Below, one piece after another: positions 34,835 to 47,127 of a DNA stretch of 64,000 nt; the first letter of the stretch is position 1, and each line of letters starts with the position of its first letter. The stretch is from Pachysolen tannophilus NRRL Y-2460 (taxonomy: Eukaryota). Below the pieces are notes generated by a model. It searched no databases. It was given only the letters and a program-made list of their open reading frames with translations, and was not told where the DNA came from. The stretch is taken from the NCBI GenBank assembly GCA_001661245.1, contig KV454012.1, positions 1,786,418-1,850,417 on the forward strand. The letters are read 5' to 3'. Both the position numbers and the translations under genes were made by a program.

Positions 34835-36568
34835 TTATTGATCAGAAATAACTTTATCACGATCGGTATTACTACTTGGATCGCTGTCGTGATTATTTGA
34901 AGTTTGATTCAGATCATCTGTATTATTGTTATTATTACTGCTACTATTTCTCAGTAAGGTCCTTGTTATTGGAGCTCTAGGAGACCTTAAGACACTATTT
35001 GGAGCAGTAGATGAATTGATGTGGACTGATAATGGTGTCATATTTTGAATTGGTTGTCGTGTATTTTTCTTGGGTTGATATCCATTATTTTTAAAATTTT
35101 GAATTAGTAAAGGGCTATTTTCAGCCCAAGCAGTATTCCAAAGATCATTCAAGTGAGTTTGTGTTTCCTTAATATCATCGGCAATCTTGGAAGCAAATTC
35201 TTTAAAATTTGTAATATTCCGACTATTATTAACCCCATTCTCGGTATTTGAAGTATCGCTTCGTTTCATTCCTCCATTCTCTATAGTTTCAATTCTTTTC
35301 AAAGATTCAGCAACTGGATTAACATATCTTCTAACATTTAAATACTCTCTAGAAAATTTTTCAAATTCCGTTCTATTTTGAGCATTGTTTAATCTATAAT
35401 TCTTTGATGATTGTGTTAAATCTAATATACTATTTTCTCTTTGTAACCATAATTTTTGTTGAGTTCTTGTTTCAATTTCTGGAGTTTTATTCAAATAATC
35501 TTGAAAATTGTTCAACTCCTGATTTGGAGAAGAATATAAGGAAGAATTAGCAGTTTTGTTACCAGTTAATTTATTGTTTCTCGTTGATTTAGGTGAAGAA
35601 TGACCTATAGAATTGGGTACCTGCTGTTGTTGGTTATAATACCCTGCAATATTGGTAGAAGAAGGTTGGAATATTAATGATGATGAACTATTTACCATTG
35701 AAGGTGGTTGAGCATATAATTGTGATTGCCCATATTGATTATTAGTGGGTTTTCCCAGAGAAATCGTTCTATCTTCTGGTATTTGATTCAATGGGTTCTT
35801 AGGACCAAAATTATTCAGATTCTTTAACGGCAGATTCTGATTTTGATGCTGGTCCAAGCGAATATTACCTTTACCATGGTTCATGGGATCTATCAACGAA
35901 TTAGCCATTGAATCCGAAGTAGCAATTGTTCTTTCCATACCTGTTGATTGTGATAATATATTGCCAAAATATTTGGGCATACTTTCATCTACTTCATTAT
36001 TTGGTTGAACTGTTTCATGCAGTGATCGATCATTCTGAGGAATGATATTATTCAAAACTTCATTCCCAGTATTACCATTATTATTTTCAATAACTTTAAC
36101 ATCATTATCAAAAGAATCAACTTCTTCCTCACTATCACTTCCAGCAGTTATCCCATCAGCCTCAGCACCAAACATCACTTTATCATTTATAGTTTTGGAA
36201 TTCCCCATATTCTTTGTGGATTGATTAGAAACTGTTCTTGTCAAAGGTTGTAACCCTGCTAATTTTATTAATGATCTGTTAGATCTATTCCTCCCATGTG
36301 CCAACAATAAACCATCAGAAGATTTAGATCTGTTAATATGCGGCCTATTCTCACCAGCTACATTGGAATTCAGCAGATTTTCAGCAGACTCTAAACTTGT
36401 TATTCTTGTCAATTTATTCAATTTATTAAGTTGCCCATACGATGAACTCCTATTATGTATTCTAGCTCCACCTGCAGTAAATTGTCGAGGAGGCCTTTTC
36501 TTGCCTTCCTGATGTAGAGAGGCAGATGATCGACCTCTCGCTAGTGGTCTCGGAGGTGGCATCGACAT
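34835..36568 (-). CDS. TCO89: TORC1 subunit Tco89-like
   Basis: Disordered N/S-rich protein with RTQQKLWLQRENS and EFEKFSREYLNVRRYVNPV; in the CTI6/PPQ1/CBC2 neighbourhood. Confidence 0.82.
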   Translation of the reverse strand: MSMPPPRPLARGRSSASLHQEGKKRPPRQFTAGGARIHNRSSSYGQLNKLNKLTRITSLESAENLLNSNVAGENRPHINRSKSSDGLLLAHGRNRSNRSLIKLAGLQPLTRTVSNQSTKNMGNSKTINDKVMFGAEADGITAGSDSEEEVDSFDNDVKVIENNNGNTGNEVLNNIIPQNDRSLHETVQPNNEVDESMPKYFGNILSQSTGMERTIATSDSMANSLIDPMNHGKGNIRLDQHQNQNLPLKNLNNFGPKNPLNQIPEDRTISLGKPTNNQYGQSQLYAQPPSMVNSSSSLIFQPSSTNIAGYYNQQQQVPNSIGHSSPKSTRNNKLTGNKTANSSLYSSPNQELNNFQDYLNKTPEIETRTQQKLWLQRENSILDLTQSSKNYRLNNAQNRTEFEKFSREYLNVRRYVNPVAESLKRIETIENGGMKRSDTSNTENGVNNSRNITNFKEFASKIADDIKETQTHLNDLWNTAWAENSPLLIQNFKNNGYQPKKNTRQPIQNMTPLSVHINSSTAPNSVLRSPRAPITRTLLRNSSSNNNNNTDDLNQTSNNHDSDPSSNTDRDKVISDQ

Positions 36569-36809
36569 GATTGAAAGACAACCCTATACCAGTTTTCTTT
36601 CTTTCTTCTTCTTCTTCTTCTTAAAACTTTTAATATTACTTTCTTCTTCTTTCCGTGGTTCGTTTTGTCAAATATTTAATATAGATTTTGCTACATAGGT
36701 AAATGATATATAAGTTTAGTGCAAGTTTACACGACAGTTCAATAATACTTTTAAATATTTTTACAATTTATTATACAAGGTATTTATCTATCTATTTGAC
36801 GTATTTGAG

Positions 36810-39800
36810 CTACTGAGGTGGTTTAAATCTCATGTTATGACCTTCACTGTAGATCCAGTTCAATGTACTAGTGAGTTCTCCTTTTTCTTTCAATTCCAAG
36901 TATTTTTTATATAGGGTTAACGCAGTTCTAGCATCTTCAATAGAGTCATGATTTCCAGTTTGAACTCTTTCTTTTAATAGAATATAACTCAAGAATTTCA
37001 ATGATAATTTTCTTTTATGTTGTTTTAAATAAAAGTATACTGCTGTGTCTCTTACTTGCTCTTTTGGAACTTCGATGTTGATTGTTCTAAAATCGGATGA
37101 TAAACCATGTCCAATAAAGACACATTGTAAATTTAATAATAACCATAATCTTCTATAGGCTACACTTAAAGATACCAATGATTTTTTTGATACTGAAGGA
37201 TCTAAATCACCAGGCTCTATACCAGAGAATGAGGTCAAATAGTCGTCGATATGCAAAGTTGTGACTATATAGTCATCGATAAATGGTACACCTTCTTTTG
37301 GACCTTCACCTCTTACAACTGATACTCTTGCCAATGATTGCCTCTTGGGTCTGATTAATGATTTTGCCCCATCACTTCTAATTTCAACCTTTTCAGGCTC
37401 TAACACGACAAATTCAGCATCAATACCAATCAAAGTTCCAGGTTTAGGTGCTTCCTCTTTGGTTAAAAGTTCATATTCAATAATTCTTTCTTGTCTAATT
37501 CCATTGGCAAAATGATCACGATATAATATAGAATCATCCATATGAGATTTCCATGAAGAGAAATCAAACGCATGAGACAGTGATTCTTGAGACCTGTAAA
37601 GTAATATAACCGGTTTCTTCCACCAATAGTTTAAATTGAAAACTTCTTCCTCAGGAATTGGCATAACTAAAAAATCATTAAATAAGTACCAGCCTTGTTT
37701 TGTGTCACCGTCTTTTTCATCATTCTCAGTAATCTTAATAAAAGAAACAAAATTGTTCTCGTTATCTTTAGTTGTAATTTCTGCAACATAACCTAACAAA
37801 TCATATTTCCTACAATTATCTTTAATCATAAAACTCTTTAATTCAATTTTACCTCTTCCATTTAAATATGCATAAAATTCTGGTACAAGCCATTTCTTAA
37901 AATTCTTGATATCATTCATTACCTCATTATCTAAATTTAAATTAATTGATAATAAATTTGGTAAATTCTTCACTGTCATGGAATGTTCCATGAAATGTTG
38001 CCTATAACATTTTTCACACCAAACATTTCGCTGGATAGTGTTGCTCATCGACGCCTCTATAAAACTCAAAATGTTTAAATTCAATCTTCTGTTATTCAAT
38101 TTCATAAATTGAGGAGGACCAACATTTAAAGTATACACGAGACTAGACTGCCTAGCTTGATAGCTACAATTTAAACTCTTAATTTCATCTTCAATGAATA
38201 TTCCACATATATTATTTAACTGGGATGATCTACCATTTTGATTTGGATGTTGCCTCACGTCATCATACGCTATTCTATCCATTAAAAATGTATTGAACGA
38301 TTGGATTAATCGACGCAGAGAAAATTCGTCATTTGAATTTGCAGTGTCATTCACTAATCCATATTGATGTGCTTCAGGGATTGAATTTAAAACGTGTTGA
38401 AAATTTGAAGGACGAAAATGTTTGCCATTTGCCTTTACAAGCATATCAAAAAGATAACCTAATTCTGTCAACAATGAATCTTCCTCTAAATGTTCTTCTG
38501 TTAAATTTCCAATAACAAAATTAAAAATATCAGAAGCAAATCTATATAATTGCAATAATGAATTGGAATAAGAATTAGATACATGAGTTTCTAAACCTGA
38601 ATACTTAGTCTTATTATAATAATCAAAATCAAAATCATCAACACCAAATTTTGAATATAAAATTTCCAATTTGCTAAAACAATTTGGTATGACATTTGAA
38701 GAATGAGAATGAAAATCAAATATAGCCTCAGTATTCAATTCTCTATTAAATTGATCATTATCATCATCATTAAGTTTCTCACTAATGAACTTTGGCAATC
38801 CAATTTTTTTCTGATATCTTACAGAAAAATATTCATTTGCTAAATTTCTTTTACCATATTTATTCAGGTCATAAGGTGCATATCTTAAAAATCCATCTTC
38901 TAAAAAATTTGAGTTAGTCAAGATTTCTGGATCCAATTTTTTAGGAACTTGTCCTACTTTCCATTTCAATTCATATGGCAAAGCTGATAATAAAGTTTCT
39001 TTGTAGTAAGGCATTCCAGTGGCACTTAATGAAATATTTGAATTATCAATTGAATCTGTGTTTGCGTTTTGAGGAGGGAAAAAAACAGGTGAAGGATATT
39101 CTAATTTATTGGAATAATTACTGAATGATGATTTTGGATTATGTGACCACAAATGAATATTTTGAAGGGAATCTCCAAAGCATAAGAAATCTCCACTAGG
39201 TGATATATCCATATAAGACATGTACGTTCCAATATCACCTTGATAAAAATGAACATTTGCAGGATTGAAAATATTGACAAAGTGAATTTGCCCCGATTGA
39301 GATCCAATTACAGCTAGACTTGGTAATTTAGGATGTAATCTAACATAAGCGGCTCCTGCTGGGAACGGAATCGGCTGTAATGACTTCATTATTCTCAAAT
39401 CAAATACATTGACAAGTCTATCATTTATAAACTGGTTATCTCTTTTTGAATATCCACAAGTAAGTAAAGTATGTTCTCTACAATCCATATCTGAAATAGC
39501 TTGAGTATTACTTGGAAAAGATTTGATTATTTCATTTGAAGTTGGGTCCATTAAATCAATTGAGCCATCTGCTTTACCAATAATTATATGTCTATTGTTC
39601 GTGGTAAGCTTTGTAATATCATGTTCATATGGAATAGTAGAAGATATCACACCTTTACTCAAATCAACTTTATATAATTTGCCATTGTTTAAACCTCCAA
39701 TTAAAATTTCATTTTGGAAACTGGATGTATATGTCATACTTTGTAAATTAATAAAATCATTATCTTTACTCAATAATTGAAAAATTGCTAAACCTTCTCT

Positions 39801-40248
39801 TGTTGTCAATTTAATAGAATCATTACTTAAACTTAATATCCCACTACTATGAGTTTTAATTTGGAAAACAGGTGAATTATTACAAGCTTTAAAACTTGTA
39901 TATGGAACCAAAATTTGACCCGGAATATTAAACCCATCATCAGTAAAATTCGGATTATCTATATAGTTCAAGGAAGATACATAACCATCTGTATCACTTA
40001 ACCATATCAAATCATGAGCATCGTCAAAAAGAATTGAAGTTAGACTGGCCTGTATTGGTGGTTTATCCTGTAATAACGTCGGCACCACCTTGGGAAGCTT
40101 CACTCCAGGAACCCTCAATATCTAAAAAAACACAACAGTTTCGTTAGTCAAATTGCTCTATAATCATTTTCCTCATGAACAAAAAAAAAAGAAAATATAC
40201 TTGATTGATAATAACTTATATCTTACTTACCTCAGACCAACCTTCCAT
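36810..40248 (-). CDS. PAN2: Poly(A) nuclease catalytic subunit, spliced: exon1 40248-40231, intron 40230-40122, exon2 40121-36810
   Basis: Exon1 MEGWSE, donor GTAAGT, branch TGACTAAC (40150-40143), TAG acceptor, phase 0. WD40, pseudo-UCH and DEDD nuclease domains (IDAEFV, GHGL..DF, HDSIEDA). Confidence 0.96.
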
Positions 40249-40664
40249 CGCTACAACAACCTAATACAAAATCCTCTTAACCTATACTTCTAATTTAAAT
40301 TTCCCACAATTAAATTCCCACTAATCCTCCGTATCTCCCTACTTTATACTAGCAAACACCGTCAAATTAATCAAGTCACAATCAAATTGAAAAATATCTT
40401 CTTCTCCTAGATTTAAACTAGTTTCAATCAATAAATTGGTGATTTGTTTGCGTATAACCTCTTGAAAGGTGTTGGGATGTAATAGAAGTTTACCAAAAAA
40501 AATAAAGAAAAAAAAATTTTTGGAAATCATCAAGAAATATAATATAATCTTTAACAAAGAAAGATAATAAATATCGTTAAAAGATAGAATTTAGGTATTG
40601 GATATATTGAGGAATATATTGGAATATATTGCCGGCTTAGGGTTTTAATAATTTGAAGAAGAGA

Positions 40665-40889
40665 ATGTTTTCGTTTTTACGTTCAGGATTACCGGTAATA
40701 AGGTCCTCAGTGAGATCATCATATTTGAAACCATCTGAATTATTAAACAATTGGATTCAATTTCAAAGAAACTATAAAGTAAGAACTTCGGTGAAGAAGT
40801 TTTGTGATTCATGTTATATTGCTAGACGTAAGGGAAGGGTTTATGTGCTTTGTAAATCGAATCCAAAACATAAACAACGTCAAGGTTGA
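40665..40889 (+). CDS. RTC6: Mitochondrial ribosomal protein bL36m
   Basis: Presequence followed by [38 protein letters not shown]. Confidence 0.95.
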   Translation: MFSFLRSGLPVIRSSVRSSYLKPSELLNNWIQFQRNYKVRTSVKKFCDSCYIARRKGRVYVLCKSNPKHKQRQG

Positions 40890-41118
40890 GTTGAATGAAT
40901 GTTTGTTAAAAATAGGGTTTTGTTTAAAAGTTTGGTTTCTTCATTCTATGTGTTGTTTTTTTTGTTTTTTTCCTTTTTATTACTAGATTCTTGTAAATAT
41001 ATAAATATATGAAGATATTGTGTCCTATTAAGATTCATATCAAGTGTTAAGTGTTTGTTTTTCTCTATAAATTTAAACGTAGTTTTACAATATATATATA
41101 TATATATATATATGTTAT

Positions 41119-44100
41119 CTATGAAGTAATCTCCCAACAACTTAAACCAGCTCCTCCAATCAACGCAATGCATTTTGAATTTATATTCTGTTTGTCTTCA
41201 ATAAGGCAAACATCGCTACAACCTGTGTCAGCAACTGTTGTATACAGGCAATCTTCGCAGACTAATTCACCGTCATTAGAAGTACTGTCGAGATGATAAT
41301 CTATTCTCCAAACCCTAAGCCTTTGATCAACACTAGTTACAATGATTTTTGCATACTTGCCATTTTTATAAGAAGGAATTAATGTTGAAGAAGTTATCGT
41401 AGACGAAGCTGCATTTTCTTTAAAAGATTTAATCTCTAAAGTTATATTATTTGAAATTTCACTGAAAACTAATCTCGTATTGACCAATGCATTATCATCA
41501 CCACCTGTAACTAGATCTAATATATTGTAGTCGTACGGATGTTGAATCAAAGTATGAGTCTTGATTCCAGATTGATGTATCTGTTGCCTTATAAGTAATT
41601 TTTGTAAGCATTGAATATTTTCTTTTCTCTTACCAACTTCTCCATCAACGATTTCTAATTCATCATCTATCTTTATGTCGTCCTTAAATTTTTTCCTAGT
41701 AACATATTCGTCATTGTCAATTTCAACAATATCACTAATTTCAAAAGTAATATCCCAAATGGAAATGTACCCATCAGTAGCACCAACCATAACAAAAAGT
41801 TTGCCATTTTTCAAGATAAACCTAGTGTCCCATAAGCAACAAGTTGTATATCTGTCTTCAATTAATAGTTCAAATCTCCTTTTATTTAAATTAAACTCGA
41901 AGATCTTAATTGAAGAATCTGAATACACATTTAAAATAAGATATCCTTGCAATTCTTGTTTCGAATTATATATCGGCAAAGTATCAAAATCCATAATTCT
42001 CAAGTCTGGCTCAGCGGAAGATGGCTCTAGTGTAGCATAGCAATTAATTAGTGGACCAAGTATTGGATGATCAATGATCTCCCACAAGAAAAATTCTTCT
42101 CTAGCAGCTGTAGTTATACAGTAGAAAACCTTTTCATCTTTTTCACTTTTAATAAATTTTGTCTTTTGTAAACCTGATACATGTCTTCTCAAAGACCAAA
42201 AATTATTAACTTCACCATTTGGCAATATTTCAGATAATCTAACACAAGTATCTTCTGCACCAGAGATAAATAATTTCCCTCCATTTTTTCTGGTATAATT
42301 TGATAATATTGTCACATTTCTAATTTCTCTACCATGAGTACCATTATCCAAACAATTATCTTTGAAAATCGCGTTCCCAGTATTCCTGATCACAAGATGT
42401 GCAGATTTATTATAAATAAACTTATAATTATCGTTGGCACAATCATTGATAACAAAGTTCCAAATCCGATGGGCACCACCACATATTTCTTTGAATATTT
42501 CAAATTGTCTTGTCTCATTCCAAAGGAAAAAAGTATGAGATTTGAAACCATACAAAATTAATTCTTTTTTATGATTTAAAAATCCACCCTCTAAGAACCC
42601 TCTTTGAATTCTATTATTTTGGATAATCTTAGTTAAGATGTTACCTACAGGATCTTTCCTGATTTCCAAATACATATACAAACCATCTCTTACAGTCATC
42701 ATTAAAATGACTTTTCCATATGATGAGTCGATGATGCTCATCGAGGTTATAGTGTCACCAGGACAAAATTTCTTCCATACATTAAGCATTTTACCTGTGT
42801 CCAAATCATACAAGACAAATGTGGTATGTCTTGAACCAACAAGGAGCCAATTATTTGTGATGTCATACGCTAAACAAGTTAAAACAAATAGAGTTTCAGG
42901 TTTGCCTAATGAAGTTATAATTGGTTCTGTAGTTAGTTCAAAATTCAGTTCAATGAGCATAAAACCATCTTTTGGATTTGGTGATTCCATGAACATTAAA
43001 AAATTTTCATCGTTTTTCTTAGTTGTTAAAACATTTGTTATCTTACCCTTGAGATTATTTATCTTGATAGTAACTTTTTTAGATAATCCGCTATTGTCAT
43101 CAAACTTCAAGGCAGATATAGTTCCCTTACTTGAAGTGAAGGTTACCAAATTTTCTTCTTTGAAATAATTTGTTAAGGAGTAGTTATCATAAAGTAAATC
43201 TTGATATAAAAATTCCCATTTAGAATAATTGTCTTTTAAAATGAAAACCTTGCCCTTAGACGTTATACAAACAATACTATTATTATTCAAATCAACATAG
43301 TTTTTGAATATTTCATTTTTTTCAATTTCAACCTTAGTTAGTTCAGAGATTACATCCATCGAAAATTGTTTTTTCCAACAATTATTTTGGAAACTTGGAT
43401 TCAAAGATGGTTCCAACGACTTTAAATTTATCAACATTAGCCTACCATCAGCCCCTCCAGTAACGGCTATTTTAAAATCATCATTGACATCACCGCACCA
43501 TATGTGCTTTCCCAAATTGGTCTCATATACTGCCTCGCAATACAAGAGATCATTATCTTCATGATAGATCCAAGATCTAGAAGTACAATCTTCTGACTGG
43601 CTGAAAATTTTCTTATTATTGTCATACCAGCATAAATTCCATATTCTTGAATTATGACCCCAACCAGTAGCTAAGTTAGAACCCGTACTTAAATCCCATA
43701 TTTTCACTGATCTATCATCAGAACATGAAGCGCAATAGTTCCCATCATTTGAAATCTTAACATCAAATATTGCACCTTCATGTCCCACCAAATTACGTAT
43801 TAATTTATTTTCAAACAAATCCCATACAAAGACTCCTCCAGATATAGTTCCTGCTGCAATAAGAACTTTCTCTTGAGAGAGAACCTGGATTGAACCCGAG
43901 TATAAAATTGATTTTTCTTTAAAAGATTTTTCATCTATAATCTTCAACGTTCCCAAATCAACTGTGAAGACAACATTGTGTGCAGTCAACAAGTATACAA
44001 CCTTATCATCATAACTGAATTCCATTGACTTAATCCAGTCATTGACTCCCAACTGTAAATGATCAAACTTTTCATCGAATAACTCTTTTTCTCCATAAAC

Positions 44101-44367
44101 CACAGTGAAAGATCTCGACCCATAAAGCAGGAACCTTGTCAAATCATGAGAAATTGCAATACCATGAATCTTGTTTTCTTTGAAAATTCTTTTTGTAAGA
44201 ACCAACTCATCCTCTAGATATCTGTATATTTTCAAGTTAGGTCCATTTGAAGCCAAAACAAATTCTTTATAAAATCTACATGCAACGACTGGACCATAAT
44301 GGGAAAGAGGCCTTAAAATAGGGCTTGAATTATCTCCATTCTCTGTTGGTTGCAAATGAGCGTTCAT
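41119..44367 (-). CDS. RTT10: WD40 protein Rtt10/Trm734/WDR6
   Basis: KSILYS, GHEGAIF, CSDDRS, WGH.SRIW, CGGAHR, HGREIR, HQSGIK, VTSVDQR, YTTVAD; adjacent to RTC6. Confidence 0.92.
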   Translation of the reverse strand: MNAHLQPTENGDNSSPILRPLSHYGPVVACRFYKEFVLASNGPNLKIYRYLEDELVLTKRIFKENKIHGIAISHDLTRFLLYGSRSFTVVYGEKELFDEKFDHLQLGVNDWIKSMEFSYDDKVVYLLTAHNVVFTVDLGTLKIIDEKSFKEKSILYSGSIQVLSQEKVLIAAGTISGGVFVWDLFENKLIRNLVGHEGAIFDVKISNDGNYCASCSDDRSVKIWDLSTGSNLATGWGHNSRIWNLCWYDNNKKIFSQSEDCTSRSWIYHEDNDLLYCEAVYETNLGKHIWCGDVNDDFKIAVTGGADGRLMLINLKSLEPSLNPSFQNNCWKKQFSMDVISELTKVEIEKNEIFKNYVDLNNNSIVCITSKGKVFILKDNYSKWEFLYQDLLYDNYSLTNYFKEENLVTFTSSKGTISALKFDDNSGLSKKVTIKINNLKGKITNVLTTKKNDENFLMFMESPNPKDGFMLIELNFELTTEPIITSLGKPETLFVLTCLAYDITNNWLLVGSRHTTFVLYDLDTGKMLNVWKKFCPGDTITSMSIIDSSYGKVILMMTVRDGLYMYLEIRKDPVGNILTKIIQNNRIQRGFLEGGFLNHKKELILYGFKSHTFFLWNETRQFEIFKEICGGAHRIWNFVINDCANDNYKFIYNKSAHLVIRNTGNAIFKDNCLDNGTHGREIRNVTILSNYTRKNGGKLFISGAEDTCVRLSEILPNGEVNNFWSLRRHVSGLQKTKFIKSEKDEKVFYCITTAAREEFFLWEIIDHPILGPLINCYATLEPSSAEPDLRIMDFDTLPIYNSKQELQGYLILNVYSDSSIKIFEFNLNKRRFELLIEDRYTTCCLWDTRFILKNGKLFVMVGATDGYISIWDITFEISDIVEIDNDEYVTRKKFKDDIKIDDELEIVDGEVGKRKENIQCLQKLLIRQQIHQSGIKTHTLIQHPYDYNILDLVTGGDDNALVNTRLVFSEISNNITLEIKSFKENAASSTITSSTLIPSYKNGKYAKIIVTSVDQRLRVWRIDYHLDSTSNDGELVCEDCLYTTVADTGCSDVCLIEDKQNINSKCIALIGGAGLSCWEITS

Positions 44368-44692
44368 TCCTCACCTCCACAATAACCTCTACGGCTAAAA
44401 ATTTCTAATGAACAATACTACGTTACAGGTATCACAGGTATTCATCTAACAACAAAAAGGTGAAAAAGAAGATGAAAATTATGCATTAAAAAAAAATTTT
44501 TTTTTTTTTTTTTATTTTTATTTTTATTTTCAGTAGCTTAATCGTTTCAAATAAAGAGCGAAGATGATGAGGTGAAGAAGTTGACTAGTTTTTTAACAAA
44601 ATCGATGATTTTAATCGTTACTTTTAGTAACCTGGGTAATAGTTATTATTGAAAAAAAAAAATGCAAAATAATTTAAATATATACTTCTTTT

Positions 44693-46384
44693 CTAAATTT
44701 TTTCGCCGTATTTAGTATTCCAATCAATTAACTTTCTTGTTAACCCTTCTATCAAAGATATATTAGCATTAAAATTGTCCGTCAAGTCTTTTCGAATTGC
44801 TTCTCTATCCAATATTTCACCTTGTTCTGCATCCAGATCTTCTAAGGCACCTGCAGGAGGTTTCTCGTCAATGAATTTGGTTATGTCGACACCGCTATGA
44901 TATTCGTATGTCAAATCCGATTGAGTTCTTACAACAAACTCCAATATTCCAGATACCCTTCTTTTCATTTCTAGTAAAGATATTCTTTGAGGAGGTAATC
45001 TTGGCTTTGTTGGTTTTTCCGCATCGATTTCCTGTTTTGTCTTTTTCTTATTATTGCTGTTGTTTTTATTACTGTTATTATTATTTCTGGAAGAACTCTT
45101 GGACTCCTCGTTATTATTCCCTACATTTCCGTTATTATCAGAAGTGTTTCTTTTAGCTCTCTTTGGTCTCACTCCTGTTGTCACTATTCTTGGAGTTGAA
45201 GTCAGATTATTGGTATCGGTTTCAGTTGCTGACATTTCGTTATGAGAGGATAAAACTTTCCTATCGTCCTCACCCAAGTCATTGCTTGTAGGAATTGAAG
45301 TATTCGCAGTGGTAGATGTCACTCCATGATTAAAACCTTCTGCATCACTTTGTGGATCAGAACTATCATGGTTCCTTCTACGTTTCGATCTTCCACTCGA
45401 TATTACAGCTGATGAGCCTACTGTTCCTGCTGAAAGCAGTTTAAGATTGTTATTGCTAACATCATTTTCCTCCATTTTGGTCTTTAACAAAATTTTTTCA
45501 TCATCATCATGAGAATTACTACCCTCTTGATCATCTTTCTCTGAATTAGTACTATTATTACTTGTTGTTCCTCTTCTTCTATATCTTCTTTCTCTTGATA
45601 ATTCTGATGATGATAATTCAGGTTCTTCTGGCTGGACACCACTTTCTCTTGCACTTTCTTCCAACAGTTTCTTAAGCATGATTTCATACTCTGCATCTCT
45701 TGAATTTAAAGTTCCTCTAGACCTTTCTCTTCTATGACCTCCATGCTCATCTTCAGAATGTTGTTTATGATCTCTAGCAGTTCTTCTCCTACTGCCAATA
45801 TTATTATTTCCATTGTTTATATTATTATCAACTACACCACCAATTTGATCTGCTTGAGTTACTTCTAATTTTTCTTCCTGTTTCACAACTGGAGGATTAT
45901 TTTTCTTTGTTCCAGCGTTATTACCAATTTTCTTCTTGACTCTCTTATCAGTTACCGGAGTATATAAGCTTCTCTTCTCTTTTGAACCTTTATATATCAT
46001 TGTATGATATTCTGGTCTACATTGTTCACACCAATACTTATCTGGAGCATCCGCCTCATCTTTTATTCCAACACAATAACCATGTTGCCAAACATGACAT
46101 TCTTCACATTGGATGAAAAACCCAGTATCTATATCATCAAACTCTGGATTATTTGGGTTTATTTGTAATTCATCATTACCACAAACACATCTAGTAACTT
46201 CTTCTTGTTCATAAATAGCGCCATCATCTTCATCTTCTTCATTTCCATTCTCTTCATGATCGTGCACACGATCACGACCATCAATTGCTTCTATATCATG
46301 TTCTGGCGACACTCCTTCGTCATGACCTCGCTGCTCCAGTCCATGTGATGAAGTACGAGCTCTCGTAGATCTACGAGGTGACAT
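44693..46384 (-). CDS. CTI6: PHD-finger Rpd3L subunit
   Basis: TRCVCG..FFIQCEECHVWQHGYCVGI..DKYWCEQC, LNSRDAEYE, SLLEMKRRVSGILEFV.RTQ. Confidence 0.92.
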   Translation of the reverse strand: MSPRRSTRARTSSHGLEQRGHDEGVSPEHDIEAIDGRDRVHDHEENGNEEDEDDGAIYEQEEVTRCVCGNDELQINPNNPEFDDIDTGFFIQCEECHVWQHGYCVGIKDEADAPDKYWCEQCRPEYHTMIYKGSKEKRSLYTPVTDKRVKKKIGNNAGTKKNNPPVVKQEEKLEVTQADQIGGVVDNNINNGNNNIGSRRRTARDHKQHSEDEHGGHRRERSRGTLNSRDAEYEIMLKKLLEESARESGVQPEEPELSSSELSRERRYRRRGTTSNNSTNSEKDDQEGSNSHDDDEKILLKTKMEENDVSNNNLKLLSAGTVGSSAVISSGRSKRRRNHDSSDPQSDAEGFNHGVTSTTANTSIPTSNDLGEDDRKVLSSHNEMSATETDTNNLTSTPRIVTTGVRPKRAKRNTSDNNGNVGNNNEESKSSSRNNNNSNKNNSNNKKKTKQEIDAEKPTKPRLPPQRISLLEMKRRVSGILEFVVRTQSDLTYEYHSGVDITKFIDEKPPAGALEDLDAEQGEILDREAIRKDLTDNFNANISLIEGLTRKLIDWNTKYGEKI

Positions 46385-47127
46385 ATCGAACTAATGAACT
46401 AATAAAAGAAAATAAAAAAATTAAAATAAAAAAACTGAAATAAAAGATTCTGTACCAAGACAAATAAATACACTTTCTTTCCTCTTTCAAGTAAGAAAAA
46501 ATTAAGAAAAAACCAGAAAAAAAAACCTGTATTAATAGAAACCGCCCAATCAATATTAAATCAAGACTCAGATTCAATTTCTATAATTAAAATCAGATTA
46601 AAACTGAACTGTTCATATATATATATATATATTATATATAATTTATATTTAATCTACTCTGTATCTCATTATTACTATTCAACTATTATTACAATTATTA
46701 CCTATTTGGGAAGAGAGGGTAAACTTGAAAAAGAAAAACAGAAAAAAAAAATCTGCCAAATATTTTATAGTTTAGCGTGTCATTAATGTTGAAAAATATC
46801 TGTCAAAATCTAGAATTCTGAATGGACGAGAAATAAAAGAGAAAAAAGAAGAAAAAAACAAGGCGACGTGTCAATAAGTTGGCTACCAGTATAATTCTGC
46901 CATTACGAGGAGAGTGTTACTTTACGTGCAACTTTTTCTTTTTTTCTTTCTTTCCTTCTTTCTTTAAATATGTGAAAACATTTGTATACGTATGTATGTA
47001 AATATTAAAAAACAATATAAAACTCAAAACCAATCATGACATAAAAACCTAAATCAATATAAAGAACTACGTAATAACTATAGACATTATAAACAATTTT
47101 TTTTTAAATATTTTTTTTAAATTTTTT